The notes: generated from the letters alone by a model not told the origin. A stretch of 64,000 bases of DNA from Monocercomonoides exilis PA203 (GCA_001643675.2 LSRY02000024.1:992001-1056000); one strand, 5' to 3'. Shown: positions 49,101-63,700, numbered from the stretch's first letter. Numbers and translations are program-made.

Positions 49101-52100
49101 TTTCCTGTTGCCTCGTTACAAAAACACTCTCCAACTTGACAGCCAGAAATACTAATTTTTCCTGTATCTTTCAACCAAACGTTGATCACTCCACCCTCTT
49201 TGCATCCTGAACTGCCAACGCAACTAAAATTGCATTCCTCAATATTCACGCTTCCTTCCAGTTGTGAAGAAATAATTGAACTGATCATTTTCTGTTGAGG
49301 AGCAGAGCATCGAGTAAATGAAGTATTAATCAGTGATAAAATGCCTTGTCCTCCTGCTATCTCTGAGAAGAAGGTTGATGATAATGTTAGGGTGCTAATT
49401 GATGTGTGGTTAAGAGTAATTGTCGATGAGTCGGCGTATTTGATGAATGAACTTTCCAAACAGAAACTGCGCTCGCCAATAGAACAATTATAAAGCAGTA
49501 CTGTTCCGCCTTTCACTTCAATAGTATTCAAATAAACAGAAGAATTCAACAGCTCGCTATCAAAATTCGAATCGTTAACAATAAGCGAACTGTCTGTTGA
49601 AATGAGTGCTTTCAGCACATTTCGCACAGACGGCAAATACAGTTTGATTTTGTTAAATGTGAGAATGTCATGGTTTATTATTGCTGCATCAAAAGTTGTA
49701 CTTGCGAAGTTAAATGAAAGTATTGAAAGCGCTGAACTTGAAGATGACAAAATAGAAATTGAAGATAAATCAACTGGTTTGCTGATAACTGCTTGTGTTA
49801 TGATTGATAATTCTTTGTTTTCTGCAGTTGAATCAAGAATCTTGTCTATTCCGTATTCAACTGTTAAGCAGGGATAACTTTCATTCCCACATCTAAACCA
49901 GTCGTTTCCATAATCAGAATCTGCATTTTTCACACTAACAATCGCCAGACGCATTGACATCAATGAAATAAGATTAACATGTTGGTCAACGGAAGACGAA
50001 TTGCATCCATACATCATGTTTTCAATATCAGTTGTTGGAGTTAGAAGATTCCCAAATTTTTCAAATGTCACACAAGAATTAAGATTTGGTGCTTGAATGT
50101 ATATGTCTCGTCCATATTTTGCTTTGTTAGACTCAAAACTGCATCCAGTAATTTTATAATCGCTGCTAATATCTTTCAATAGCAAAAATACGCCTCCTCC
50201 TTTTCCAGCCAATTCACTGGCAGTATTAAATGATATTTTGCATTGATTAATTTCAAATTTTTTATTCAGCCCAACTGCAAAGGAAATGGCTCCTCCATTT
50301 ACAGAGTTTGTGCAAGTTGATGAAGTAAAATTGCATGAAGAAGCATTGAAGGAGCCTCTGCAAGTCGAAGAGCTAACAGCTACGCATGAACTCACCGCTT
50401 TGGTTGATGAAACTTGTTCAAAGCTGCAATTGGATATTTCAATTTGTTGCGAAGATGTTTCACTGTCTGTTGGGGAAATTAGACTTGCTTCATCAGAAGA
50501 AAATTTCAGGTTTGCAAAGCGGCTATCAGAAAATTTGAATATCCCATTTTGAAGGGTGAACAAAGAACGAGTGCAAGTCAATTCACTTGGGGCAGTTAAA
50601 GATGAATTTTCAAGAACAAGGCTGCCTCCGCTTATTGAAACAAGCGCAATTGTTAAAGCATTTGAAACATCTCCGTTAAAAATACAATTTGAAAAGGTTT
50701 GAGTTCCGCCTGTCCCACTCAGAAAATTCTGAACTGAACTTCCTTGAGGAACTGAGCCAATTGAATAAGCAATGTTTTGAGATATAAATGCACCAGATGA
50801 CATAAGTGCAGAATTCGCGGTTCCTGCAATTCTGTCAATCGTAACTGTAGCATTTACTGTTGATTCATTTCTTTCAACAACAACATTTGATACATCAGTT
50901 CCTGATGTTGCCACTTCCACAGTTCCATTTGCTTTGATTGTTCTGGATGATCCATTAAAGCGTTGAACAGCCTGAGTAATCGACCTGCAATGGGCAACTG
51001 TTGACCCGCAATACTTTCCATCTCCTCGTGACGCATTTGAAGCATGAATGATCGATGATGTGTATCCAAAGATGAACGGCATCAAGTCGAAATCTCCCTC
51101 AAATGTTGCATTGTCTCTTCCAAACCAAGCATTTGTTCTATTCGGAACATACGTCGAAGTTGCTGCTGCTGAATAATAAGAGTCAAGGTTTGCATTTGGT
51201 AATGAAGGAACACACATAAAAACATCTCGTCCAAAATAAGCTTGATTTAATGAGAACTGACATCTGCTTATCGTAAATTTAGACAGTGATCCGTTTGTTG
51301 AAAAGTATAATGCTCCTCCTCTTCCTCTGCTTTGACTGACTCTGCAATTTGTAAATGAAGTATTAGTAAACCTAACTTGACATTGATCGGTTTTCAAGCA
51401 TATTGCGCCACCATTGACCCCTGTAGCATTAAGGCTTGAAATCAAAGTTATTGAACAATTGTTAAGTGTGATGGATTTTGGTGTATAGCCGGATCCTAAA
51501 ATTGCTGAATTATTTTTTGATATGGTGATATTTGTGAAATTACAAGATGTGATCGTCGCCTTCGTCACTCCATTTGTCATTTGAAATAACGAATAGGATG
51601 CTAATCTTATGTTTTTTGTTGTCACACCATTGAAGGCAATTGTTCCACTTGTAAAATAAAATAAACTTTTTGTAAAATCCGCACTCCAGCCACTTGGTGT
51701 CAAAATTATAATATCAGTCATTGTGAAGTTAAAATTACCAGATGTCCCGCTGATAATCTGGATGGAGTTTTTATTCACATTAATTGTGAATGTGGAAATC
51801 GTAGCATTAACAGCTCCAGAAATAAAAATCATTGAAGATCCATTATATTCATTCAAATTTAAAATCACTTTAGCTTGGTCTTCTCCGAATGCATCCACTT
51901 TTCCTCTTGCCGAAGTAATCACCCAACTGTCTTTTTCGTTGTAAGTTCCGTTAAGAAGTTTGATTCTCTTCAAATAACTTGCTCTCCGATTGACAATGGC
52001 AGTGTTTACTGATTTGCATGCTGTGCTTGTACTTAATCCACAATTAACTGTAGCACTTCCAGTTGATGCAACAATCTGATACGGATCCATTTTAATAAGC

Positions 52101-53254
52101 TTTGAATAATTTGTTCCAGCCATATGCACTCGATTTCCATCATTATATGTAAAACTTGAAGCAAAAGTTATATTAGCCACATTAGTAGTCCAATCGAATT
52201 TATTAACATAAAAATCTGGTCCCAAATCGTAATTTGCTTTACAATCATAAAAAGCATTATTTTTTATGGTTCCACATCCAACTTCGTTTATGTATATTCC
52301 TCCTCCATAATTTGCAGAGCAATTTTCAAATACGCAATCTTGAACCGTCAGATTATAATTAATAGTACCAAAAATTTCTCCGTCATAATAAAGACCTCCT
52401 CCGTTAGTCCCTGTGCAATCTTTAAAAATTGTAGAATTAACAATTGCATTTCTTCCTGTTATGCTTTGATTAGCGTGAGAAATTTGAAACAATGACAAAG
52501 AAGGCGTTGAATGCGAGCAATCATAAAATTCACAAAGATCGCAGACAAAGTCTTGTGACGGAGTAGTAAAAGAAAGCCCATGTACAATGCCTCCATAAAA
52601 TGCATCGTGAACATGAATAAATGTGGATAATTTTATTGTAGAAGAAATAACAAAAGAAAGATTCTCACTGGAAGCAATTTCACTTTCTGTTTTCACCTTG
52701 GTTGTTATGTTTGTAAAACAACATGTGTCAACAACTTCGTAGTTTCCAATCCCTGAGCACAATAAAGACGACGATTTTCTTGATAAGATTGTGAAATCAG
52801 AGAAGTATGAATTATTAAGTTTTACTCCAGAAGAAGCTTCATTCTGCAAATTTACGATAGAAGGAAACTGTCTTTTGCAAGTGGAAATGTCTATCGAAAT
52901 GTTTGAAAGCAAAACAGATCCTGATGAAGTAAACGAAGTCAATACTTTCTTTGAATAAATTAATCTGGTGTTGCAACAAAAAAGCGAAGATGCTCCATCA
53001 AGAACAGAAATAGAATGTTGCGATAAGTCAATGAAAGCAATGTTATCAAGTTTTAAGGACGAGTTTGCCAAAAGAAACAAATAGTTTGAATTTGAGGTAT
53101 TACTTGGTAATATCTGCTGAAATTGTGTGGAAGTTGAAGTCTTCTTGCTGGAAAATATCTCATTTATTTCATATATCTCATTTGCAGCTTTAAAAGCCGC
53201 AACAAAGCAAAAAACCAAAAACTCAATCGTTGTAAAAAGAAGTGATCTTAACAT
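43169..53254 (-). CDS. Giant receptor-like protein (~3360 codons): signal peptide, tandem beta-helix ectodomain, TM, degenerate TKL/Tyr-kinase-like C-lobe; interrupted by one in-frame TAG at 48766-48764 (readthrough, nonsense allele or sequence error)
   Basis: ORFs 53254-48764 and 48757-43169 are in the same frame: ..CGSLDFPCHSI*KSMKNV... Only the upstream ORF has a signal peptide. Only the downstream ORF has the TM (WALIALIIVAVLFFIAALGIIVIVI) and the kinase-like motifs RWKAPE, KSVSFTIGMMLWECLTLQIPF and CL..EER.S. Confidence 0.8.
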
Positions 53255-54973
53255 ATATAACTATTAATTTATTATCCAACTGATAGATAAAGTAATTATT
53301 TGACAAGTGTGTTCTCGTTTTTTCATTGGGTAATACCTTGAAATAAAATCAAAATAGTAACACAAATTAAGCTTTGTTTTTGTTTTCATTAAAAAAAATC
53401 ATTTCAAAAAATAATTGAGAACAAAAAAATAAATTTTTTTATTAATAATAAATTAATTTGTGACAATTAAGAAAGATTGACGCGTCGTTTTTTTAATTGT
53501 CACGCCTGTCAGTGAATTTTGTTCGTATCAGTTTTTGATTTATTAATATATTTATTTATTTGGGTGATTTTTTGGGATCATAAAATCTTTGCATCGATGA
53601 TCTTTCAATGAGTAACTTTTTAAATTTTGTTAGTTATTTTTGGATAACAAAAAAATTCATCTGAAAATCTGAAGAGAGATCGTTGAAAAACTTGAAAACA
53701 TGCAATCGATCGATGACATTTAAAAATAAAATTGTGATTGAAAAAATGTTGTGGTATGCTTGATAATTCAATTATCTTTTTTCCATGAAAGTTTGTGGAC
53801 CGGATGAGAGAGAGATAATGAACATTTTATGCGAGATAGAAGATATTATTTTTCTTAGTAACAAGGTCAGTGACAGCGAGGCATTGACGATAGAATTGGG
53901 CAAGATGATTTTTATGAAAAGTATCTTTGAAGGAAATGCAGCTATTCAGTTATTGATAGAAAATATTTAATTGTTTGCTTTTTTTTATGGTTTTTGTTCA
54001 TTTTAAAGATATTTCCATCTATGGCCTTCTCAGAGTGCAAGAATCTGATAAATAATATAAATGGCCATTCATTTGCTTTACTGAGGAAAATATCAGAAGA
54101 GAGCTGGATGGCGAGATTCAATCAGCAGATGGGAATTGCAAGAATTTTGTATTCATTTTGGAGAGGTGAAGAAAAAAAATTTGCTCTAAAAGCATTTTGA
54201 TGAGAGCGAAAAGGAATGGCAACAATTGGACAGTCATTGGAAAGAATAGAATTCGGAGATATTTTTTCAGGGAATAAATGGATGAAAACATAGAAAGAAG
54301 GATATTTAAGGAGAAAAAACGATGATGGAGAAAGGAGCACAGGGAAACAATGGAAAAGGAGATTGGCAGCATCAGTGACTGGGCAATCTTCTACTTTTGC
54401 AATAGGGAGGGTGCATGTGTTCTTTTGAGGGATTTTTATAATCAATGCAAAACTAATTATTTTTATGTATTTTTTAAATCATTTTCCCATTCCAGCAAAC
54501 AGCATTTTTTATGTTGAGCGTCATTCCTGGTGACAATCCATTTCAAGCAGCATTTTTGCGAATTATGTGGTTTCTTCTCCTTCTCCTTCTCCTTCTCCTT
54601 CGATCTCTTCATTGACTATATTTAATGCTTGGCTGATGAAAAGAACATCATCTTCGTATATGAGAAAATGTTGTTTGAATTGCTATCAAATTCTCATATT
54701 GCAACATGGAATGAAACTACTGTCTGTTGCTGCAGTTGTCTGTTATGAAATTCAAATCTGTTCATCATGCCTGCATTTTCTTCTGATGGGTCTTGTTCAC
54801 ATTTGTCGTTCATCTCATCAATAGTGCATCGTCGAACTCATTTCATTTCTTTTTTCTCTCAGATTCTCTTTCTACTTTCGTTCTTTCATTCTTTCTTCTG
54901 CTCTGCCACAACAAGCATTTAATTTGCGAAAGCAGTCATTGTGTTGCATTCTGATCGTTCGGCACTAGCTTAA

Positions 54974-57045
54974 TCAACTTCATCTTCCATTTCTTCTACA
55001 ACTTCATCGTCTTCTTCTTTCATCCCTTCTTTCTCTACATCAACACCAATAGACCCATCAACGCCTTCCTCCTTCTACACTCCTTTTTCTCCGCCTTCCC
55101 ACTTTTCCACGCCTTTCTATGAACAGCCTTCATCCTCATCATCCTCTTCTCCTTCTCCTTCTCCTTCTCCTTCTCCTTCTCCTTCATTAACTGCTTCTTC
55201 CTTCTCTTCTCCTTCCAAGCTCTTTTCTTCTGTTCCTCCTTCTTTCTCCACCCACAAATCAACAGCCAACACACACTCAGAGAAAGTGGTGAAGTCAACT
55301 GACCCTCTTCGCTCTTCCTCTTCCTCTGGCTTCCATCAGACACTGGGAATGGAACAGAACTTCCCTCTCTCTGCTTCTTCTCCTTCTTCTCCTTCTCCTT
55401 CTTCTCAACCACCAAAACTGTCAGATGTGTCTGCTGTTCCTTCAATGACTCCACAAACAGCCTCGTTCTCTTCGTTTGCCCTGCGCAATCAGCAGTTCAA
55501 TGTGCAGCAGCCGCTTTTCGCAGCGCCTTCGCCTTATTCGCTGCCTTCCACTGCGCTTTCTTCCCTCGCTTCGTCTTCTTCTGCCTCTCCTTCTTATTCT
55601 TCTTCTTCGTTGGGATCAAAGACACAGAAGAAGATCAGCTGTGCGTATGATATTGACTGCAGACCAGGAGAAATGTGCATGTTTGTCTCTTTTGCTACAT
55701 CTTTTATTGCTTTTATGTTTTTCTTATTGATTTCTTTATTTGATTCTTCATTGACTCTTCTCTTTATTTTTATATGCACATTTATTAATATGACTTCATT
55801 TTTCTGTGATTGGGCTTTGAATATTTCTGTCAATTTTTTCTTCCTTTTCTTTCTTTTCTTTCTTTCTTTTATCTTTAACTTGTCTATTGATTTCTCCGCA
55901 ACCATCTGCAGAAAGCCAGACGGGGCGTGTTGGAACAGCAGCATTGAAGGGGTGTGCGGGTACGCGCCAGATGTGTGTGAGGACGATGTGACACTCGGAG
56001 AGAAAGAGATGAAGGCGCTGATGAAAGGGAAGCTGGTGATCGAAGGCGAAGAGGAGGTGATGGCAGAGAAGGAGGCGATGGAGAGGGAGAAGGAGAAGGC
56101 GAGCGAGAAGGAGAGGAGAGAGAGGAGGGCGAGGGAAGAGAGGGAAAAGAGAGAAGAGAAGGAAGAGCGGCAGAGAAGAAGAGACACAGGCGAAGGCGAT
56201 GCAGATGCAGTTGTGCTCAACACAAATCCAACTGGACAGACTTTCTGCGGATGCGACGGAGCAGACTACACGTTTGAGATGCTTCTTCTTTTTGTTGTTA
56301 TTATTATTATCATCATATTCATGTTCCATTTCTATTCTTTTTCATTATTTAAAAAAATACAGTTCCAGATGCCAGGCATTGAAAAACAGGGTGAATGTCG
56401 ACTTTGTGGGGAAATGTGCTGATAAAAGTGTGCCTTACAGAAATGTTTATTGAAAAGTTTATTTTATTTTATTTTTGTAATTTTTCTGTATCAATCTCAC
56501 TTTTCTTTGTTTTCCTTTTTTGCAAACAATATTCTTTTCCATTCATTTTATGACTAAAAGTTCCATCGCAGCTGAAGGACGAGCACACAAACAGCAGAGA
56601 CGTGACTGATTTCCGCCGCTTCGGCTACCGCGATACCAGCCGCCCCACCCGCTCATCAGCACGCGATGCCTCCTCTTTCTTCCCCACTCAGCCTTCTGCC
56701 TCTCTCTACTCATCGCCTTCTTCTTATTCTTCTTCTCGCTCTCCTTCTTCTCCTTCTCCTTCTCCTTCGTCCTCGTCGTACCTGTCGAGCAGCCCCTACT
56801 CCTCCCCTTCGCCCACAAAGGACACGAACGGATACTATCTCAAGCCAAACTCCCACTCGAGCTACCAGACGCCCCGCTACAAGTCTCCTTCTTATTCTTC
56901 GCCGTCATCGTCGTATCGCCCATCGCATTCGAGTTCTCGCAGCCGCAGCGACGAGAGAGGAGAGCCGGCTGTGTTCAGCGAAACTCCGCCGTCTTCTGTC
57001 TACAAGCCTTCCCCGAGGATTGTGGGGAAGAAGTCTGCAAAATAA
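54974..57045 (+). CDS. Ser/Pro-rich protein with a Cys-rich Kazal-type module; 5' end unresolved, possibly degenerate
   Basis: Splicing at 55681-55911, 56272-56362 and 56428-56560 gives CAYDIDCRPGEMCIKPDGAC..GVCGYAPDVC-(89 aa)-CGCDGADYTSRCQALKNRVNVDFVGKC, then an S/P/Y-rich tail ending in TAA at 57045. The frame is closed upstream by TAA at 54971-54973, and no convincing start was found. Confidence 0.6.
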
Positions 57046-57794
57046 GCTGCTTATTTTCTATTCTTTTTTTTTTTTCTTTCTTTCTTTTCTTTTCTCTTTC
57101 ATGCTTGTTGGAAAAATATAAAATATTGTATTGTTTGATGGAAAAGTTGCAAAAATGATTGGTATAGCAATCTGTAATGCACCAAGCAGTTGTGTGCTTG
57201 TGTTTTTGTTGTAAATGAAAACAGAAAGTCACCAAAAGGAAGAGTTGAGAACGAGATTTTTCAACAATAATTTACATTTATCTCGTTTTTCATTTACGAC
57301 ATTTTTGTTTTCATGTCTTTGGATCTTGAGTGAATTGCAAATAATCACAATTTAAAATATAATAATTAGGCTTTTTTATTTTTCTTCTCATTTCTTTCAT
57401 GACTTTCAATTTTTGTGTTTTTCTTTGAAAATTCAAGAAAAAACAACCAAAAAAAACATATAAATTATAACTTTTCATTTCGAAAATTGAACTTCAATTC
57501 TTCATCAAAAAATCTCAAACGCATTTTTTTTCAAAGTGAGACCAAATCTCTAAAATATTGAGCAAACTCAAACATGAAGGATGAAATGAACCAACTGGTA
57601 CCAGGCTTGAAGAAAAGACATCAATTCTTTAGTTTTTTTGTTTGTTATTGAAAACACTCCTTCTTTTTGTGTCATTGACGTGATCAACAACACAGGCTTC
57701 AAAGCCTCGAAAAGTGAACAGAAAAAAAGATAAATCCATTTTGATCAACTGAAAAATACTTTTTATTTGCTCTCAATTATTTGTTTTATTCTGG

Positions 57795-60700
57795 ATGATC
57801 GTGCATTGGCTTCTTTTTTCGTGGTTGCTCTTTGCCAATATTTTTGAAGGGCAATGTGTCACGCAGACTTCTTCACTTGAAAACCAAGAAGCAAGCGCGG
57901 ATTCTCGCTTTCAATATTTCCAAGCCTGTTTGAATGGGAACAGAACAAAAGACGAACATTTTCTTGAAAAAAGCACAAAAGCTAATGAACTTAATCCAGA
58001 TATCTCTCTTTGGGGAAAAAGGTGGCAGAACGGAGCATCTTCATCAATAAATACATTTTTTGGATTTTTCAATTCTTCGGTTGGACTGAAAAACGTGGCA
58101 CTTGAATATTCTTCCTCGCCATTTGTTCTTATTACAGGCAAATCAAGCATAATGATGGATTCCTGCATTTCACGCCAAAAATCTGCATCTCCGTTTCATT
58201 TACAAAGTGGGTCAATCTGCCTCACAAACATGACTTTGATCCCCCAAAAGAATTTGAACCCTTCCAGTCTCGTATTTTCATCTGATGGTTCCAATTCAGC
58301 CATTTTGAGAAATTGCATCATGGCAGATTTGGCTGTCTCATCTTCGGACTATTTTCTTGTTTCAGGAAAGAGCAAAAACGAACAGATCAATGACTGCGCC
58401 TTCAGGAACATTTCTGTGAAGCCATTCAAAAGCAGTGATTATCTGATGGAGCATTCGTGTTTTCGAAGTTCGATGGAGAACTGCCTCATTTATTCTTGTG
58501 TGAATATCTTTGAAGGAGGGATTTCAAGTGGAGCTTTTTCTTCACAAGAGTTTGTTTGCAAAAATATTTCTTCACACTTTGGGAAAAGAGAGGCGAATGA
58601 ACTTGAAAGAAAACAACGAATAGACACAACAGCAAGTCAATTCTTTTCGTTGTGTGAATGGGAAGATTGCACAGCGCCACAAGGAGGTGCTCTTTATGTG
58701 CATGACAATGAAAAAGCCATTCTGATTGTTGAAAATTCTTCATTCACAAGATGTAATGCTTCGTCAACAAATGGTGGAGGAATATGTGCTCAAAGAATCG
58801 CTGAATCCATTGTGCTCCATTCTTCATTTATTCAATGTTCAGCTGCGGCAACCAATGGATTTGGAGGTGCAGGAATAATCTTCGATAATGTTAATACCCA
58901 ACCACTTGTCGATGATTGTCTTTTTCAAAATGGTTCTTCTGCTGATGATGGAGGAGCTATATATTTTTATCAAACAAAAACAGAAAGACAGAAAGTGGGC
59001 GTTGTTAATTCATTTTTCGATAACTGCCGATGCAATAGTACTGTAGATGGGGCTGGAGGAGCAATTATTCATTGGGTTCCTTCGGATAAAGTTTCCATTT
59101 CAAATTGTTTATTCAGTCATTGCTATGCAATGTGTTGGGGAGGAGCTGTGTGCATAGAAATTAATTCATGTAATATGGGTATTTTGTTTTTATATTGCTT
59201 CTTTCACAACAACACATGTGGAAAGCTGGGACATGTTTTATCTCTGCAAGGCTCTACGTCAAATAACATTGATTCCACCTGCTATTCAACCAGTCAAACA
59301 ACAAACAGAGTTTGTACTAATTTTTACTCAAATGTTGATCATAGTGAATGGCTTCGCAAAGATTTTGGAAATGTGAGATTTGTTTCTTCGACTGAAACAC
59401 AACCTAATGCTAAAGACACATATGCATGTGGGCTGGATGAATCTCATGCATGCAGCACGATCAGCCGTTGTCTTACTCAGCTAATTCCAGGCATTGTAAC
59501 TGATATCGAGATATTCAGTGGAACAATAATCGAAACCAAAAATGTGGACTGTGGAATTAACACTTATGCAATTTACGGTCAAAGCGATTTGAGCACAACA
59601 ATCCGAACAAAATTAGATGCATCTGGGTTATCTCTTTTTTCTGTCTCGGCAGGCACATTGACTCCCAGAGACTTTGTTCTTGTGCATGACTCGTCTCATC
59701 CGAATAACCGTGGGTCAAGGCTGTTTGAGATAAGTGGAGCAGGGGAAATATCAATAAGAAGATTGAATATATCTTTTGGGAGCGAACAATCAACAGAAAC
59801 AGCTTTTTTCACTGAACTGATAAATGTCCAGAATGGAGTGTTTCAGATGGAAAATGTGAACTGGGCAAAAACTGTATCCATTGTTTCGTTGTTTTCGCTT
59901 TCTTTGACAAATGAGATTTCCTTGACACTTTTAGTATGTTCCTTTGATGGAATTGAAAGGACAACAAGCGGAGCAGCAGTGATGTCGTTTTCGAATGACA
60001 AGGCGAATATCGATCTGAATTTATGCACATTTGAAGGATGTGGAAGCACAACATCAGCTGATGGAGGCTCGATGATGCTGTGTGCAGGGAATGAGAATGA
60101 AGTGAAGGTGAAAGACGGGGCTTTTGATGGCTGCTTTTGTTCGTCATCCAATGGTCTTGGGGGAGGAATCCTTCTTCGATTATTGAATGAAAATCCAGAT
60201 TTCTTGATTTCTTCTTCCTTTGGCACAAACACGGCCAAATGGGGAAGAGACATCTTCGTCTTATCGCCCAATCTGGAAGAAACTGCAACTTCAAGAAAAA
60301 TTGCATGTGTAACCTCATCATCAGATTCTGTTGACAAAGTGCGAGGATATGACAATGGAAATACGAGTGTGGCAATCCCTCTTTGCATCTATCTCCTTCC
60401 AACCCCAGAAGAAATACATGTGAGCAACGTAGAGGCATCTGACCATTCAAATTGTGGAATAGTCAAATTCCCTTGTTTGACAATGAAGCACTCTCTCACA
60501 AGGCTTACAGGAACAAAGAAAATTATTGTGAATGGAATGATTTTGATGAACGATGAATTGGCCTTTGCCAATCAGAAGCATGAGATCAGAGGAAATGATG
60601 ATCAAAGTGGTTGGACTGTGTCTGATGCCAGCTCACCATTAAACTCAGCAATGACAACAGCAAGTTTTGAAACAGAATTATCAAAGCTCATCTTCTCTCT

Positions 60701-63700
60701 TCCATCTTCTCTCTCATCACATTCCACTTTCATTTCGTCTTCTTCATCACTGACTTTGTCTCAATGTTCTTTAACTCTTCAAGATCCTTCATCAGAAATT
60801 TCATTTCTATTCTTGTCTGGTGAATCAGGAATTTTGACAATCGACAAATTCTCTGCTTCATCGATTAATTTGAGTGGAAATCCATTGATCTCTTTGTCAG
60901 GAAGCAGCACAGAGGCTGAATTTATGAATACTCCCTGGCTAAGCATGACGAACAGCAATTTCACAGAAATCAAAAGGACAGCTGGAAATGGAAGCTGCGT
61001 GAGCATTGACAACAGCAATGATGAAAATTCAAATGGAGAAATAAATATTGAAGAATGTGATTTTGATGGTTGTTCTGTGCTGGGTGAAGGAAACAGAGGA
61101 GGAGCAATCAATGCCCAGTTGAAAGGAAACATTCAAATGAATATTGTTTCGTGCACATTCACAGAATGCACAGCGCCAGCTGGAGAAGAGAAGATTGGGT
61201 TTGGGGGAGGGATGGCACTGAAGTTGATTGATGACGATTCTTCGTTTGTGATCTCTTCCCCTGTTTTTGATGCAGACAAGCCAAATGTTGCGAAATATGG
61301 AAATGATGTGTTTGTTGAATCATCGAATTTGACGAAGAGTATCACAAACACTTCTCTTCCATTTGTGACTGAGAATCTGTCTGATATTTCATTGAATTCC
61401 CTGAGAGGCTTTGATGGAAATGACACAACAAATGTCATTCCGCTGATTTATTTCTGGCTCTCACTCGGCTCAGAGATATTTATTGGGGGTGAAGGGAAAG
61501 ATATGGGTGCCTGTGGATTCTCAGATTATCCTTGCTTGTCAATTGACTATTCGTTAATGAGATTGGCCGAAGGAAATGAAATTTATATTAACATTATTGG
61601 AAAAGGATATCTTCGGAAAAGTGTTGATGTGAGTGGAGCTTCAATAAAATCGAAGGATAGCAGCAGCATTTGCTCTTTGGAATGTAACTCTTCACTTGAA
61701 GGAGCAGAAGGAGCAGCAATGAAGATTCAGGGTATCACCAATTTCGAACTGATTAACTTTGCGATTCCATCATCTTTCGCAAGTGGAGTGAATGTTTTGA
61801 TGCATGTTGGCTCAAGCGAGGGATTGCTGACTGTGAAAGACTGCTCATTCACCAAGAAAGGAGATGACAGAGAAGAAGTGACTCATTGTGGGCTTATCAA
61901 GGCAGAAGGAGGGACAGTTGTGTTGGAATTAGTGACAATGCAATTGTTGAGCTTTCCACAGGATGTTATTTCTGTGTTGTCGGCAACGATTTTGAGGATC
62001 AAAAACCTGACGATGAAGAATGTTGAGCTGGAAGGAGCAAGCGGATTGAGCATAACAAAGAGTTCAAGAAGAGAAAACAATGAAATTGAACAAAATATTG
62101 TCATTGAGTGGAGTTTGTTTGAAGAAGTCACCCAGAACACAACAGATGATATTTCCATCATTCGGAACGAAATTGATGATAAGCCATTGAAAATTGTTAT
62201 TAGAAACACAACGATGAAGGGATGTGGGGGAACGAGGTGTGGAAAGGGAGGAGGAATGTTTTGTGTGTTGAACGAGGGAGGAAGTTTTGACTGTTCGTTT
62301 TGCACGATTTCCGAGTGCTTCTGCTCAACCACAGGAAGAGGCGGGTGGCTGTTTCTGGAATGCACCTCGACAGCCGAGCAGCCTCTGAATTTTGTGCTGT
62401 CGAATATCACATTCAGAGACAACACCGCATTGAAGGGAAGAGATGCGTATGTTCAATGCCACTCAATTGAAACACAGATTGTTGAAGAGCAATTCCTTTT
62501 GGATTTCAGAGCACCATTTGTGAAGGATCTTGCGGTGTGGGGTTGCACAACTGACTCGTTTGAAGGAGAAGAAGATCTATTGCTGAGGGTTGTAAAATAC
62601 CAGAGTGAGACGATATTTGTGTCTTCAGTTGCAAACAATCACGGAGATAACAAGCAATGTGGAGAGTTTAACGCACCTTGTCGTTCATTGAATGCGGGTG
62701 TTCAGCACATTATTCCTTCATCATACTCACAGCTACTGATCTCAGAGGAATCGGTAATCAATAGGGGATGTGATGCTCGTGATGTGATCATTCGCTCATT
62801 AAAATCTCCTTCAGTTGCCTTGGTGTATCTGAACTCAACAATTGGTGATGATGAAGGCAGTCTTATCAGGACATCGGGAAACGTTAGGATTGAAAGATTG
62901 AAATTCAGCGTTGGTCAGTTGTTTTCGTATTCAGGCAGTTCAATCATTCATGAAGCAAACGGACAACTTTCTCTTTCATTTGTTGATTTTTCTTCAATTG
63001 GAGAGTCAAATGGTATTGAAGCTGTTGTTCTGAATTCATCATTGCTGAGCATTGAAAGTGGAATTCTTCACATTGACAACTGCTCAGTGTCACTCCTTTC
63101 ATTCAAGAAGCCTTCATTTCTGTTGAGTGGAGATGAGATTTCGTTGACGAATGTGAAACTGGAAAAGATTGAATCAATAGCAAGTGTTTTTGAGCTTGGG
63201 CAATGTGGGGGTGTTGTGTTTAATGGAGCATGTGCAGATGGAGTGAAGCTGTCAGAAGGCTGTATCATTGGGATTAGCAGCTCAACCTCAGGAACAATTT
63301 CTATTGGAAGCACCTCATTCAAGAACTGCTCGAGGAATTCGGAAGGAGCTTCAGTTCTCTCTGCTTCTTCATCTTCTGCTGAAATCGTTCTTTCAAATTG
63401 TTCTTGTGAAAGCTGCAATTCTCTGTCTGACAAAGGAGGCATTATTGATGTTAATGAACTGAGGAATGTTTCAATGAACTTGTGCCAATTTTCAGGAATG
63501 GTTGCCAAAGAAAGTGAAAGCGGGAATGATAACGCATTTGAAGAAATATGTGAATGGAATGGATCGCTTGTCCATTCTGAAAACTCCGATTTACAGATGG
63601 TTGAAATTAAAATAGAGAATTCATCGAAAGGAGGAATATCGATAAAAGGAGGAAAGACTGTAATCGAGATGGGAATGCTGGCAAATAACAATCCTTTCAT

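Noticed and set aside
53560-54970. Short ORFs that might be a decayed gene or retroelement, or the 5' exons of the Kazal-like gene
   Set aside because: No recognisable motifs, multiple stops, and no consistent splice model could be built.
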